From assembly GCF_009914755.1 (NCBI RefSeq), contig NC_060935.1: a DNA stretch of 64,000 bases; one strand, written 5' to 3'. Both the position numbers and the translations under genes were made by a program. The notes beneath the pieces are model-generated. The model had not been told where the DNA came from. It did no database searches and was given only the letters and a program-made list of their open reading frames with translations. This DNA comes from the human T2T-CHM13v2.0 reference genome, Homo sapiens. Positions 36,181 to 64,000 of this stretch are shown piece by piece. Position 1 is the stretch's first letter. The number at the start of each line of letters is the position of its first letter.

Positions 36181-36701
36181 AAGAGACCATATTTGAAGTA
36201 TAGATGGTCACCGTGACTACTCCCTGCTGCTCCTGGCCAGGTCGGTGCAAGCCACAGTGGAGGAAGGTAGATGCCATAAGGGCTTGAGGGCTTCAGTTCC
36301 AAATGCTAAGATTTGAATTCCCTGTTGGCCAGACCCACAGGGGGCTATCTCTGCCTAGCTATCCTACTCCTCCCTTTGAATCCTTGCCACTGATCCAATG
36401 CCAGGAGAGTGAGATTGTAGCAGACGAGGACCTTGCCTGGTCTACATGCAGGGGGCACAAAGCTGACTTTACTGAACGCCTGCTATGTACCAAAGTACTA
36501 TCCTAGATGCTCTCCTTTGCAGCAAACCTGGGAGGTAGGAATTACCATCTGCATTTCACAGATAAGAAAACTGAGACTCAGATTTTACATGATTTGCCCC
36601 AAGTCACACCTCTCAAGTCCAGGATCCACATGACCCCTAAGCAAATGGAAAGAGTCCCTAGCCACTGTCCAGAGATGGGACAGGGGAAAGAATGGACTTA
36701 C

Positions 36702-36966
36702 CTTTCCGATCAGGTTTGAGGTTGCGGTTGACAGGGGGTGGCTGAATCTCACTTCCTCTGCTGGGGCCTCGGTGCACAGGAAGGGTTGTTGATGGGTAGC
36801 CAAGTGAGTCAAAGTGATGGGCCCCTGGGCTCATTGGGATGTAGACGCTCTGGGAATTATCACCTGCTCGTTCCATGGCCAACAGGGTGGAAGAACCTGG
36901 ATTCATGGGCACATAGTTGTCTTCAGAATTGGTGCTGTCCGATCGGCCCACAATCATTTTCCCTGG
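36702..36966 (-). CDS. GAB2: GAB2 exon 6 (YVPM Y452, YIPM Y476, Grb2-SH3 motif PPPVNRNLKP)
   Basis: ORF 36658-36957; ctccctag| acceptor; AAG|GTAAGT donor; 265 nt. Confidence 0.96.
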
Positions 36967-37126
36967 CTAGGGAGAGGAACAGTGAAAGAAATACAGCTGT
37001 TACTAGCAAGAAGAAACAGGAAGGGGGTAAGACTTTGTAAATGAGGCAAGACAAGTCATGACTGGGTTAGCTATACTTTGAAGCTGTAAGGGAGACCTTG
37101 GGGAGACCAAATAAGAAAGCAGAGTA

Positions 37127-37446
<320 letters not shown>

Positions 37447-38397
37447 TCACGATCCTTTGGCATCCACTAATAATTTTTGATAAATCTAGAGTATAAAATA
37501 TTCTTGGTGACTGGGTCCACTTGGCTTTCTGGACGCCTGACCAACACTGTGGGTGGCATAGTCCATAGACTGTAGGTTTGGTTCAGGACCTGCCCTCCAC
37601 CTCAAGTCCAGACTCACCACTGGCAGGTCAGCATCTCAGGCCCTGGATCAGAACAAGGAGCATATTAGGAGTCCTGGCTCTGGAAGGTGAGGTCTGGGGC
37701 CAGTTGTGTTTCCCCAGTCCAGGTTTCTAAGTACCTGGGGCTCACTCCAGGCACCTAGGGGACCACCAAGCTGCAGTCAGAGCTTCTACAGAGTTGTGTG
37801 ATACAGCAATCCCAGCCTTCCTCTAACTCTTGCTCTATCTGCCGTGACATACAACTAAGCTGCTTCTGCCTTGGTTACCTGATTTCACTGTCTTTTCAGT
37901 GGGCCTGAAGCCAGGCCCTGGTCTTCTTGCCTGACACCTTGGAGAACTGCGGTTAGCATCTTCCAGAGGGCAGCCTGGGATCCTGCACTCAAGCCATAAT
38001 TCTGCCACTTAGCCTGACTGTGAGTACCACCCTTGCCTGGAGTCTCACACTGCAGCCTCCCTCCTGCATGTGAGGCCACGTGGGTAAGGTTGCTGTCTTA
38101 GAGGTTCCCCCACCGTGCAGCCTGGGTCTATTGCATTCTAGATCCTCTGCTTACCTACAAGGTTGGTGAACCTTGTAATCCAGTCTACCTTAGCACATAC
38201 ATTTCTTCCAGACTAGAATACTTATATCTTACTTGTCCAAAGACTCAACGCAGGGTTCTGAACTGAGACAAGAACTTGGGCAGGGTCCTAAGATGGAGAC
38301 GCCATCAATCTTTTGGGGTTGTGCTTTTAATTCCATAAGGTGTGACCTTTTACCTAACCAGGCCGGCCTGAGGACCCTTGGGTTAACCCACACTCAC

Positions 38398-38492
38398 CAG
38401 GAAAGAGCCAACTCCATCACTCATGGATTCAGCAGACCGGCCTGCACTCTCTCCACCACGCTGTGGGTACTCGTAGGTCTCACAGGAAGAAG
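38398..38492 (-). CDS. GAB2: GAB2 exon 5 (ASSCETYEYPQR...GSFL)
   Basis: ctctgtcag| acceptor; CTG|GTGAGT donor; 95 nt. Confidence 0.94.
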
Positions 38493-39754
38493 CTGACAGA
38501 GGAAGGAGGATTCATAAGTACTCATGGTTGATTCATGTGTTGACACTTACCCATACCCTCACCAGTGTGGTTCAAGGTCTTACTGATACTCCAGAAGATA
38601 CTACTCTCAACCCCAAATGATAAGGAATTTCTTCGAACACATCACTCCTCAGTTCAAAAATTCCTCCTGGGCTTCTAGATGTAGCTCCAGTGTTAGCATC
38701 TGCAGAGAAGCTGTCCTTGACTACTCTACCCTCATCTATGCACCTCTCCTTTGACTCCTACACCACTCACCTGTCCTGCTCACCCCAGCCATCACTTCTC
38801 TGAACACCACAGTAACAATACTTGTCCTGATTTATATGTGTTGGTTTTATTTTCCCAATGAGATGTAAGCTCTGAAGGGCAGGAACATGTTTTATGTATG
38901 TCTTTATCATCTCAGTTCCAAAACGGAGTATGACTGCTCAAATTGTCGATGGATTGAAAGACGGCAAAGAGGTCTAAACTAGGAGCTGGGACTCTAGGGT
39001 CTGAGTCTCATCTCTGGCACAATGACTCTGCAACTCTATTTAAGTCTCTTAACTGTCATTGGCCTCATGTGAGATGGAGACAAGGAGGTTTTGTCCCACC
39101 AACCTCTCTGCCTGGCTTAAACAACAGGATGGACAAGAAAAGGCTTTGCAAACCATAAAGCAAGATGCAAAATGAAAGGAATTAATATTGTTCTATTTTT
39201 TCATCATACAGAGGAGGTTACATGCAGAGTTGGAATACTCTCAGTGGAAAACAAGTAACAATAGAATTTAGGTACTTCAAATAAAAGTTTTGACTTCAAC
39301 CAAAGAGATTCAAGTATGATTTAGAAAATATTAAGACCTCGTTTTGCTTTAGCAGTCTGTTAGTCCACACAGGTTTCACTCCAGTTTGGACTGATCTTCT
39401 GAATTTATTTTTTAAATCTTTGATTTGATTTACAAATGAATAAAATACAATGATTTGGGCTTCTAAACCCATAATATGTTATACTGTGGTTAATCAAGAA
39501 TGTCCTATTCTCCATTAGTAGAACATTAACTTCTCTGGGGCTAGCTCTGTTAGACAACTACTACTAACAGCCTCCAGTGCTGGAGGACCAACTGGTAAGG
39601 GATCTGGGTAGAAGACACCTATGTTTTTGAGTATCAGTGACCTAGGTGGTTCGTAAGTTCCCCTCGGCCATGGATGACCAAGGACCATCAAACTATTGAG
39701 AACCCCTGTGTTACCTCCTCCTCCCTCTGAGTCTCAGCTAGGACTTATACTGAC

Positions 39755-40341
39755 CTCGGTGAAGTCGGCTGTTGTCCATTGCAGGGAGGGTGTTGCGTCT
39801 GGGGATGGTGGCAGCGACAGATCTGCTATTTTCACTGATTGGCGGTCTCTGCTGAGGACTGCCCCATCGAGGTGTTTCTGCCTGACTTGGCTTGGGGGGG
39901 CGGGGTGGGGGAGCTATGGCTGAGTCCCCAGGAGTGGCCACTGTCATGGCATTGTGGTTTTTGTCCAGAGTGAATGTCCTAGGGATCTGGTAGGCTGAGA
40001 GTGGGGTGGCCGGAACATCCATATTGTCTACCAGGAGGTCCCCGAACTCCCTGCACAGGGTGTTGCTGGGCGTCTTGAAGGTGTACACATCCTCATTATC
40101 TGTCTCGGAGCCTGTGAGGCTGCCCTTGGTGTGGCCATGGGAGGCCAGGCTGCGGGGGAGGTCGTAGGTACTGTCTCTGAATTCTGTATTGTGCCGGCTC
40201 GGCTTGGGAAGGCTATAGAAGCCATGGACTTGACCACTGATCCCGTTGACACAGTGTCCATTGCCCTGGGCAAGTTTTTGTACAGCTGTGTCACTCCTCA
40301 TGAGAAAAGAGGCTCTGGTGCCCTGAGAGAAGCTGGCACTC
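39755..40341 (-). CDS. GAB2: GAB2 exon 4 (RSASFS, YxxP motifs, PPPRPPKP, RRNTLP)
   Basis: ORF 39738-40412; ctcttttag| acceptor; GAG|GTCAGT donor; 587 nt; contains the 14-3-3 sites S210 and T391. Confidence 0.97.
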
Positions 40342-40794
40342 CTAAAAGAGAAAGAAGGGAAAGGGCAGGAGGGTGAGACAATTACTAGCTGTGTGACCTT
40401 GAGGCAAAGCACTTTCTCTTTCTATACTTTGGTTTAGGCATCTGTAAAATGGTGACTAAAAGCATATTTTGAAGGTTGTTCAGACTCTAGTATATGAATG
40501 TTTAAACAATGTTAGACTTCATCCGTCCCCCATCTCCAAATGGCAGTTAATAGCAGGGGTTATAACCCCCACTCCCTGAACAAGTATCAATAAGCCAGAT
40601 GGATTGCCTATTTGTTCACTGTTTTAAGTACCGCAGAATATGCACATTCGAACACAAATGTTGTGAGACAGTGGAAAGAACCTTTAAGTTGATGACAGGA
40701 AACAGCAAACAAGTCATTTTACCTCTCTGAGTCTATTCTGCCACTGTGAAACTAGCCCATGGGTATTGATGTTGTAAGTTGAAAAGAATTATTT

Positions 40795-41096
40795 GGGTCA
40801 GGTGCAGTGTGCAGTGGCTCATGACTGTAATCCCTGCACTTTGGGAGGCTGAGGTGGGAGGTTCACTTGAGGCCAGGAGTTCAAGACCAGCCTGGGAACA
40901 CAATAAGACTCCATTGCCACCAAAAAAAAAAAAAAAAGAACTAGCTGGGCAGGGTGCTGCACACCTGTAGTCCTAGCTTCTGGTGAGGCTAAGGGAGGAG
41001 GATCGCTTGAACCCAGAAGTTCGAAGTTAGAGTGAGCTATGATCGCACCACTGCATTCCAGTCTAGTAAACAGAATGAGACCCTGTTTCAAAAAAA
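40795..41096 (+). mobile_element. AluJ-like element
   Basis: Diverged dimeric Alu. Confidence 0.85.
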
Positions 41097-41850
41097 CACA
41101 CGCCCCAACACAAACAAACAACAAACTATTCAAACGTAAGCTCTAGATTTATTTTCTACCATGATTTATGGTTGGTTAAGAGGCATTTTGAGGGGAAAGA
41201 TCTCTTTCCAGAGACCTAGAAATCTATATGAAGAATGGTTTCCTGTTTGGGAACTATATATAGAAAAAGTTTTGATTAGTACATTTTTAAATTTAGGTTT
41301 TGGGCAATAAGGCAAGCAGTAAAAAGAGAAGAGAAACAAGAGGGGAGACTTGTGTTAGGTTCCAGTACTGCTACTGATACGTGCTGTGTGTATCACCAAG
41401 CCTCCTCTCTCAGGTGGGACCTAGTACGTCACAATGATTTCTAAGGGCCCATCTGGCCCCGATGCTCTACAAGCCCTTCGTTTCACAAGAGTGGTTTTCA
41501 AACTAGATTCCAGGTTCTCTGTAAGTGCTTTGGGAAATTGGAGGGTGAGGTTCTGAGCAAGCAGGGATTTAGGTCTGCTTCTTTAGCTTGTGTATGATTC
41601 TTCATAGGATTTCACTTGGGGAAAAAAAGAATCAATCCTTTGTAGCAGGGATTCTAAGCCTTTTGGAGGCTATAGGAGTTTTTAAGATTCTGGTCAAAAG
41701 CTCTTGGAGTGTCTCATCAGAAAAGGCAAATCTCGTATACATATAAACTTGTTGGGGCTGTAATACATAATAGCCCTCTGAGGCCAATCCCTGGACCTTT
41801 TGCCTTATAGAAGCTCTCTCAGCTCCTGAGGAGTTTGTTATTTACAGATG

Positions 41851-41869
41851 TGGCCACCAGATGGTGTTA
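41851..41869 (+). promoter_or_regulatory. Candidate CTCF site in GAB2 intron 3
   Basis: TGGCCACCAGATGGTGTTA versus consensus TGGCCACCAGGGGGCGCTA; motif match only. Confidence 0.4.
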
Positions 41870-44605
41870 GAAAATAGGGGCCAGAGCTTAGAAAGAGGAA
41901 ACAGGTGTGTAAAGCCAGGCTTCCTCTCATGTAAACTGTACCCACCATGATGGCTAGGAATTCCAGGTCAGTCTCCAAACCTTCACTGATGCTCCTCCTT
42001 GGGCCTCTGCACTCCTCCTCCCTTTCTGTTCCATTCCAGACACATAACCAAGCCAACAGCCATGGGCTTGGATGATTGAACATCTAGGCTTTAGATAATG
42101 TAGTGCTTAGGGAAGAGGACGGGGGTGGCGGGGGGAGCGAATGGTAGACATAAGGTGTTAATGTTGTATGCATTTTTTTGGTGCCTTTCATTTTGCTTTT
42201 TTTGGAATTTCCAACTCTCTGTTGGATGCTCCCATCTGGATTTGTTCATTTTACATTTACTGATGTCCTAATTTCCATCTGGGCCAGGCAAAAGGGATAC
42301 AGAGATGCCACCTGCCCAGTGAGGGGTGGTCTGGGAATGTCACAGTAGGGCAGGAGATGACATGGATGCAAATCATTACAGTCAAGTAGGGGTGAGTATG
42401 TAGCTGCTGACAGTTGGTATCAGCCCTTGCTGGGGGTGGTGGTAGACAATGTCAGGGAAGCCTCCTTCAGAGATGTTTTATCTTGAGTGAGTCTGGAAGG
42501 ATGAGCCACAACTGGCCAGGCAGAAGGCAGGAGAAGGGAAATGGTGTTCTAGTTGAAGGCTCAAAGATGTAGAACACAACCTGGCAAGTTCTAGAAACTC
42601 GAAGCTGCTCAGGCTGCAGCAAGCACATTAGAAGGCAGGGCTGAGAGAAGACACTGGAGGCCAGGCCAGGACTAAAGGGAACGGGGAGCCTCTGAAGGAT
42701 TTCAAGGTGGGGATGGGGTTGCAAGAGCATCACAGGCACCCTGCAATAACCTTCAACATACTCAAGAATGAACTCATCATCTTCCTCTGGAACTCTTCTC
42801 CTCCTGCCTCTCTTATTTTGGGAATGGCAACAGTTACTCAAGCCAGAAACCTGGGAGTCACCCACATTATGATTTCTGCCCAGGGCCTCTCTGATCCTTC
42901 CATCCTACTAATATTTACTTTCCTAACTTCCCAGTGTAAACATTTTCAACACCGCCTCAATGCTTCAGGATTAAGCCCAAACTCCTAGGTTTATCCCAAC
43001 TCATCTCACCAATCTTTTCTCTTTAGTTCCCTTTTCCACTCTAGGATCCAAACCAAACTTTGCAGTGTTCCCTGTGTGCCCCAGTTAGTCAAGCATTGGG
43101 CTTTGCTGCATTGTTGGGCTGTGTCTGGAAGGCTTCTTACCTCAATCTGGCAAGTTCCTACTCCATTTATCCTTCAAACTCATCTCAGAAGACACATTTT
43201 TTAAGGCCATTCTTACATCCTCTACCTCTAAGCATTGCTTAACTTAATCACTTGCTTAACTTTGTTCTTGGAGCAGGTAGCAAGTGTTACCTATATTAGG
43301 CACCATTACTACTTATCTCTGCCAACAGACTGTGATTTCCTTGAGGAAAGAAACTGTGTCTTACTCATTTTTCTCTCCTTAGCACCTAGGTTAATGCTTG
43401 TTGCATTATAAATAATGAATAAACGTTTGTTGTAAGTAAGCAAATGAATAAACAAACGTATGTTGCTGCTATCCCTTTTCCTGGGCTTGGCCCAAACCTT
43501 CTGATCAGCAGATCAAAGCCCTTCCTCTGTAGAACCCACTAGCTTACGTTCCAACTTCCCTCTACCCCGGCATCCTCCTGTCTCGCTCACAGAACTACTC
43601 ACTCATCCCTAAACATGTCCTGTGTAGTCTAAACTTCAGCCCTGGTCTTGCATTACTCACCTCCCTGTGGAACGCTTCCTTGATACATCAACACCTTACA
43701 CAAAGTCCACAAGAAGCCTTTTCACTCTACAAAGGTATTACAGGTCCCTAATTCTCCTTTTTATGGTAATCATTCCTTCCTCTGTGCTACCACAGCACTC
43801 TGTGCTTCCATCGCAACACTCACCTTATTCTGCCTTATGTCAGTTATTCAGGTCTGTGTCTTTCCACTTCTACCAGACCATGTGCTCCTAGAAGGCAGAG
43901 GGCCATATCCTGTACCCTGGCATAGTGCCAGGCATATGATAGATAATAGTGACACATGTTGAGGGAGACTGATTATCACCTCAGTAACCAAGTAAGAGGA
44001 GTTGAACAAGGGACTCTTGCCCAAAGTTACATACTCAGAGGGCAGGGAATTTGTTCTAGCAGCCAGGTCTCTGGGTGCCCCCACTGCGCAAACCATGCTA
44101 AAATGTGGTCCCTTTGGGCAATAATCTAGATGGGGAATTCCAAATACTCAGCAGTCTTATGGCCTTTAGTATTTTCATGTAAACCTTAACTGAGGCCTGT
44201 GTCACTGTGATGACCTGAGTTGCTTTTGTGGGATGGATAATCCACCTGGAAGTGGTGGATTTGGAGAGAGGCTTCTCTTCCAGGGCTGGGCTTACAGAAG
44301 CCTTATAAAATAGGCAAGATACTATGCCATACATATCACATGTGATCTCATTTTAAATCCTCCTAATAGTTCTGAGACACACCTCTTACTTTCACATTAT
44401 CAGATGAGGAAAACAGTAAATGGCAGAGTTGGAGCAGGAAGATACTCAAACACAAGCACGTATGGGAGCTCCCCAGAATCAAAAAGAAGTTTGAGAGAAG
44501 ATATTCCCTCAAGCCAGCAGTGCCAAGTGCCTTCCCTTTCCATTCCTGGCCAATGGCTCTTCCAGAGGCTATAGAGGCTATTGCCACCATACAGTCTCTC
44601 CCTTG

Positions 44606-44625
44606 GTGCGCGCGCGCGCGTGTGT

Positions 44626-44665
<40 letters not shown>

Positions 44666-44941
44666 GGAGTCTCATTCTGTCTCCCAGGCTGGAGTGCAGT
44701 GATGCAATCTTGGCTCACTGCAACCTCCGCCTCCTGGGTTCAAAGCGATTCTCCTGCCTCAGCACCCTGAGTAGCTGTGATTACAGGAGCGTACCACTGC
44801 ACCTGGCTAATTTTTGTATATTTAGTAGAGACGGGGTTTCATCATATCGGCCATGCTGGTCTCGAACTCCTGACCTCGTGGTCTGCCCGCCTCAGCCTCC
44901 CAAAGTGCTGGGATTACAGGCGTGAGCCACTGTGCCCGGCC
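44606..44941 (-). mobile_element. Alu (44664-44941) whose tail is a (CG)n(TG)n microsatellite (44606-44664)
   Basis: gcgcgcgcgcgcg followed by a long TG run abutting the Alu 3' end. Confidence 0.9.
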
Positions 44942-46334
44942 TTCCCTTGGCTTTTAAAAATGGTTTTCTAGTTTTTCTAGCCACTTCATTTTGTACTTGT
45001 TCTTCCACACATTTTCATATAATTTTATATACCATACTATATGATGATTTTGCTTTTTTCTATCCCACTGGACTCCAAGAACCCTAATGATGAAGGACTC
45101 ACTTTGATTTTCAATGAGTATGTTCCCATTTAAGGGTGACTTAATATAAAATGCTTGTAAGTAGATTAAACACCATTTAGAGTTCTGTAACTGTCACTGG
45201 CCATGTTTAAGAGGTCATTTGAACTATCCTCTTGCATTTGACCCATTCCAAATGGATCCTTCCTGTGAAAGAAGAAAACTCTGTGTCACAAATCTTTATG
45301 AGATGAGGCAATCTTTGTATCTCAAACCCTTCTGGCTGCAGTTCTGAGCCAATTTTGGCAGGACTCTGGTTACAGAGCAAAGCTGTATATGTGAAACTAA
45401 AAGTTGTATATTTTGCCTTTGGTCAGTCAATCAAAGCCTCTGGTGAATGAGTCAGGGAAGACTTAGAAAAGATTAATGATGGGTAAGCTCTCCACTGACA
45501 TTTCTAATTTTACCATTTACCCACCATCTTTCTATAGACTACTGCTGCAGGGTCAGTGATTCTGGAATCTCACCAATGAAATTTCACTCCTAGTAACCCT
45601 CACCAGAATTATGGCTTTTCAGGGCATGTGACTCACATCAATGTATCATCTGTTACAGGTTTAACAGCCTTCTTGAAATAAGAAGACAGACACTGGCTAG
45701 AATCTGGAATGAGGCCCCAAAGGCTGGAGGACAAAAATAAGTCCAGTGAAACCAACTTGTCTTCAAAGAGAAAAAGAACTCTATTTGTCTTGACTCTGCC
45801 AGTTCAAAACTCTTTCCGTTGGCAATAGATATTATTCTGAATAGTTACTTATTTTAGCTCAGTGGAAGACCTGCATTTTGAGAAATGAAGTTATTTTAGC
45901 AAGAATACATATTATCTAGTACTTGAAGGAAGACTAGTGGCTATTATTGCAGTAAAAGTGATGATAAATACATAATTCACAGTTTTATTTCTAAGGTGCT
46001 TAATTTACTGTATCTTTACAATCAGGTTCCCACATAAATGAAAAAAGAGATAGATAGAAGGCTGGTATTAGTAGCCTCAGTAATCCAATCAGACACAGTT
46101 ATGTCTAGTCTATGCGAGGCAGGATGAATGGGCTGATTCACTTTATACCCCCTACTCAAAAATAATCTTACAGGATTACTTTGGAGATCATATGAGGTAC
46201 CTAATGTAAAAGTGCTTTGTAAACTTTAAAGCATCATTTCTTTCTTCCAGAGCACCTAGTATATAATGTGAATGTTAGAGGAAACACAGGATTAAAGTCT
46301 ATTCATATACTTACCAATACCTGGCACTGTTAAG

Positions 46335-50880
<4,546 letters not shown>

Positions 50881-51072
50881 GACTGTACTTCAATTTCTTC
50901 CTAAAAACTTGTGGGGAAAAAAAAGGGTGGGGAAATGTAGAAATGAAAAATCAGTTTAAAAAATCATCTTAACTGAGCAGAGAGAAAAGGATTGGAAAAA
51001 AAAGATAATGTAAGTGATTGTTGGGTCAGTATCAAGTGGTCTAGTGTATAAGTAACTGAAGTCTCAGAAGGA

Positions 51073-51520
51073 ATGCCCATCAGTGATAGACTGGATCAAG
51101 AAAATGTGGTACCTATATACCATGGAATACTATGCAGCCATAAAAAGGAAAGAGATCATGTCCTTTGCAGGGACATGGATGGAGCTGGAAGCTGTTATCC
51201 TCAGCAAACTAATGCAGGAACAGAAAACCAAGCACTACATGTTCTCACTTATAAGTGGGAGCTGAACAATGAGAACACATGGACACCTGGGGGTGGGTGT
51301 ATAATACACATTGTGACCTGTTAGGTGGGCAGAGGGAGGGAGAACATCGAGAAGAATAGCTAATGCATGTTGGGCTTAATATCTAGGTGATGGGTTGATC
51401 TGTGCAGTAAACTACCATGGCACATGTTTACCTATGTAACAAACCTGCACATCCTTCACATGCACCCTGCAACTTAAAATAAAAGTTGAGGGAAGAAACA
51501 AAAAAAAAAAAAAAAAAAGA
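51073..51520 (+). mobile_element. L1PA 3' end with poly-A tail
   Basis: ORF2p C-terminus (DWIKKMWYLYTMEYYAAIK) followed by L1 3'UTR and an A-tail. Confidence 0.9.
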
Positions 51521-51546
51521 AAATGTGGCAGAAAAAGATTTGAAGA

Positions 51547-60900
<9,354 letters not shown>

Positions 60901-62849
60901 AAAGCCATGTAAACTGAATTTCACTTCTTTCAAGAGTCAGATCTCTTGCAGTTTCTGCCTTTTTTATTGCTCTTCAGGGCCTTAAAAAAGTTATTTTTTA
61001 ATATTTTGTCCAGAGTTTATAATTATTACAGTAGGTTTAGCATGATGCGAGCAACTCCACTACTACAAGAAAATATATCGTCTTTCTGGATTTAAGAAAG
61101 CTTCCTTCCTACCCTCCCAACTTCCTTTGGAATTCTGCAAACATTATTTGAACTTATTTTCTCCAAAAGTCTCCCTGAGATCCTGCTCATTACCCTCTCA
61201 TTCCCTCATCCACACAAGTGAAAACCATGACAGAGAAGAACATGACTTGGTCAAAGGCCTACAACAATGTGACTTCCTCAGCTGCGTAAAGTTCTATCTC
61301 TTCTACTAGCTTATCCCTCTACAACATGGATTTGTTCAAATTATTATGCACCTACTGTGAGCTCCATCATCAAATAATAGTAATGTATTAATATAAAAAT
61401 CCATTCTACAAGGCAGAAAGTTCCAAATGTTGTGAGAGAGAGAGAGAGAATAAAAAACTGCTGTGGCAATTCAGAGAAAAAGTGAATTCCAGGTAGGAAG
61501 ATTAATAGGGATTTCACAGAGGAGGTAGGGGTGCAGAGAGTGGGCCCTAAAGGCTAATTCAAGCAGAGATGTTTCTACGTTTGTTCTCTGATGCGTCAGC
61601 AGGATCACTGGAGTGGTGGTGGCGGCAATTGTTACTACTATATAAAGCCTTCTACTTAGTGTGAGCTGTAGACAATCTGTGCTGGTATCATCTGGAGTTT
61701 ATTAGAAAGGACCCCAGGACCTAGGCCAGGCTTACTGAGTCAGAGTGAGCATTTCAGTAAGATCTTCAGGTATTTCATATGCATGTTAAAGTCTGCAAGG
61801 CACTACAGCTAAGTACTTTGCCTTTCACTACAACTATGATTTTAAGACCTCACCTTATCTGCTCCCAGGCAGTTGTCTATGTAGTAGAAGAGGATGGGGC
61901 ATAGGAAGAACAGGTAAAATGTATTTACTCTCTACTACTATTTTATGTATGTTTTATCATTTTACACTCATTAGTAAGCCTTTGAATTAGTTATTCCCAT
62001 TCTGAAGATAAGAATATTGAAGGTTAATTAGGTTAAATAATTGGCCCAAGATCACAAAGAAAGTAAAAGAACCTGAATTTGAACCCATATCCGACTGACT
62101 CCAAAGCCTGAACATGCTTTTCATTATACCACACTGCCTATCTCTGGTTAGTGATTCGGGAGAATCAGGTACTATTTACAGTTAACGCCACTAACTAGTT
62201 CAGTGACCTTGGCTAACTCACTCTATCTTTTTAGGACTCAGCTCTTCATGTATAAGTTGATGGAAGTTGAACTAGTGAAAGTTCACAAACAAATGAATCA
62301 TGTTCTTCATGAAAATGGGTATCTGAGGCAGCCTTAAGATTAAGTGTTGGAGCCTCTTCTGTGTGACAGCAGATGACTCAGAAAAACAAAAGTAGGGTAG
62401 CATAGTGAAAAGAGTACAGGACCAGAAACAAGAAGACCTGGGTTCTAGCCCAACCTCTGCTATTTATTAGTCATGATTCTCAGTTCCTTCATCTTTAAAA
62501 TGGAGATAAATTTTGTATACTGGCTATTTCTCAGTGTATTGATTGGTTCAAATGAGATTATGTATGAAAATATTCTCAAGGACAAAATCAAGTAATACAT
62601 TAGTACAGCCATTTTTCTATTTGCCTTAATTGTCATAACATGAATTAGATCTTGTAAGTTAATTAAAATGTGATTTGTAATCTGCTGGCTATGGTAGCAA
62701 CTGGGAATTAGCTCTGGCAAAGCCTATCAGCTCTGCACTTTTGCTTAGCCTAACAATGGGAATAAAACATAATAAATACATTTACAGGTTCTGCACCTGT
62801 GAAAGAGCTGATGATGTTAGAAAAACAAAAGACCATTATCCTAGAACAG

Positions 62850-63062
62850 GGAGTCCTTGCTCTAGAACTTCGTTATGATGGAAATTTTCTGTATCTGTGC
62901 TGTCTGGTACAGTAGCCCCTAGACATATGTGTCTACTGAGGACTTGAAATGTGGCTAGTACAACTAAGGAACTGAATTTTACATTTTATTTCATTTTAAT
63001 TAATTTAAATTTATGTAGACATATGCAGGTAGTAGCTACTATACAGAACAGTGCAGTTCTAG
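62850..63062. mobile_element. MER3-like hAT DNA transposon fossil
   Basis: gatggaaattttctgtatctgtgctgtc...cttgaaatgtggctagt...ggaactgaatttt...aattaatttaaattt matches MER3 as recalled. Confidence 0.7.
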
Positions 63063-63447
63063 AGCAAAAGCAAGGTATGGATTTGTTGAACTATGTTATG
63101 GTTTTATAGCTATACTTTTAAGCCCAAGTAAATTGACTGTTTTTTTTTGCAATTCGGAAACTGTGTCCCCTAATGCCTTCACCCCTGCCTCCAAATCAAA
63201 CATTTTTTATAGCATGATTTTTGATAATGAAAAGTTTCTCTGGCACCCAGTTATCACTGTGTAGCAACACAGATGATGCCAATAAAATATGAAGGCTACA
63301 GAAGCAAAAAATTATGTTTTGTCATAGACGTGTTTGTCTACCTGAAACGATATAATGTTTTGCTTGTCTTTAAAAAAGCAAGGACTGAAAAGTACTAGGC
63401 CCTGTGAGCGGTCACTAACCCACCTAATGGCTGTGGCAGCCTCCTAC

Positions 63448-63691
63448 CTTGCATTTTCTGCTCTTCGGCTTATGCACTGGTGCAAGTAGAGATACTCCTG
63501 AGGTGCGCTGGTGGACAAGGTGGGCTGCATGTGGTTTGACACAGGGGGTTCAAACGTGAACAGAGTTGGCTGGCTGGAGTGTGATGGGGCTGAGGACTTG
63601 CGCTCTCGGAGAAGGTGCTGGCTAGAGCTGCTGAGCTCAGCTGGAGAAGAGCGGGGGCCATGACCGGCTGAGGAAACATTTCTCAGGGAGT
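63448..63691 (-). CDS. GAB2: GAB2 exon 3 (DSLRNVSS...RERKSSAP...AENAR); the PH-domain exons lie right of the window
   Basis: ccttttcag| acceptor; AAG|GTAGGA donor; 244 nt. Exons 3-10 total 1655 nt, consistent with residues 126-676 of GAB2. Confidence 0.95.
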
Positions 63692-64000
63692 CTGAAAAGG
63701 AGAAATAGCTCTGTGAATGAAAAAGGAAGGAAATGTATCCTTATCCCAAAGTGAGTTGTCAGAGGAAGAAAAAAGAGTAAGAGCAGAGAAAATAATCCAG
63801 CACTAGCATTCTCTCCCTCTCATATACCTGCCCCTTGCTGCCCTCCTGGCCATCTTGGTTGAAGAAGAGGTCCTCTTTACCTTTGTATGGCTTCTGGGGT
63901 AGCCTGGAGGTGACTTCCTATCACAATGTAGGCCATATCTGCCCCACTTCCAGGAAGTACGGCTACCTGTGGTCTAGGAGTGTGACCCTGACCCTCAGGC

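Overview
Human genomic DNA: an AluYa5 with all five diagnostic bases supports human origin, and the gene content matches the KCTD21-USP35-GAB2 locus (11q14.1 from recall, not searched). A CpG-island bidirectional promoter (~1.3-2.7 kb) drives a minus-strand gene (first non-coding exon, probably KCTD21) and the complete plus-strand USP35 deubiquitinase gene. I spliced USP35 by hand: one non-coding and ten coding exons, ATG 9529 to TAA 27096, 3057 nt = 1018 aa, catalytic Cys450/His862. It converges tail-to-tail with the 3' part of GAB2 on the minus strand (coding exons 3-10, stop at 32562, 3'UTR ~4 kb, and a ~23 kb intron 3 packed with L1, Alu and THE1). I found no new gene or new multi-gene system; all long ORFs are explained by these genes, by GC-rich shadow frames or by transposons. 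The most interesting unexplained structure is in USP35 splicing: (i) an in-frame 84-nt hydrophobic cryptic exon in intron 4 that would build a transmembrane helix, (ii) a minisatellite that quadruplicates the exon-5 splice donor, (iii) a decayed 97-bp copy of the catalytic-domain exon inside intron 10, and (iv) an AG|GTAAGA recursive-splice-like site in intron 1. Also noted are an L1 with twin-priming and micro-inversion scars, inverted Alus around GAB2 exon 6, and convergent poly(A) signals about 100 bp apart. Repeat boundaries and subfamilies were judged by eye and are approximate.
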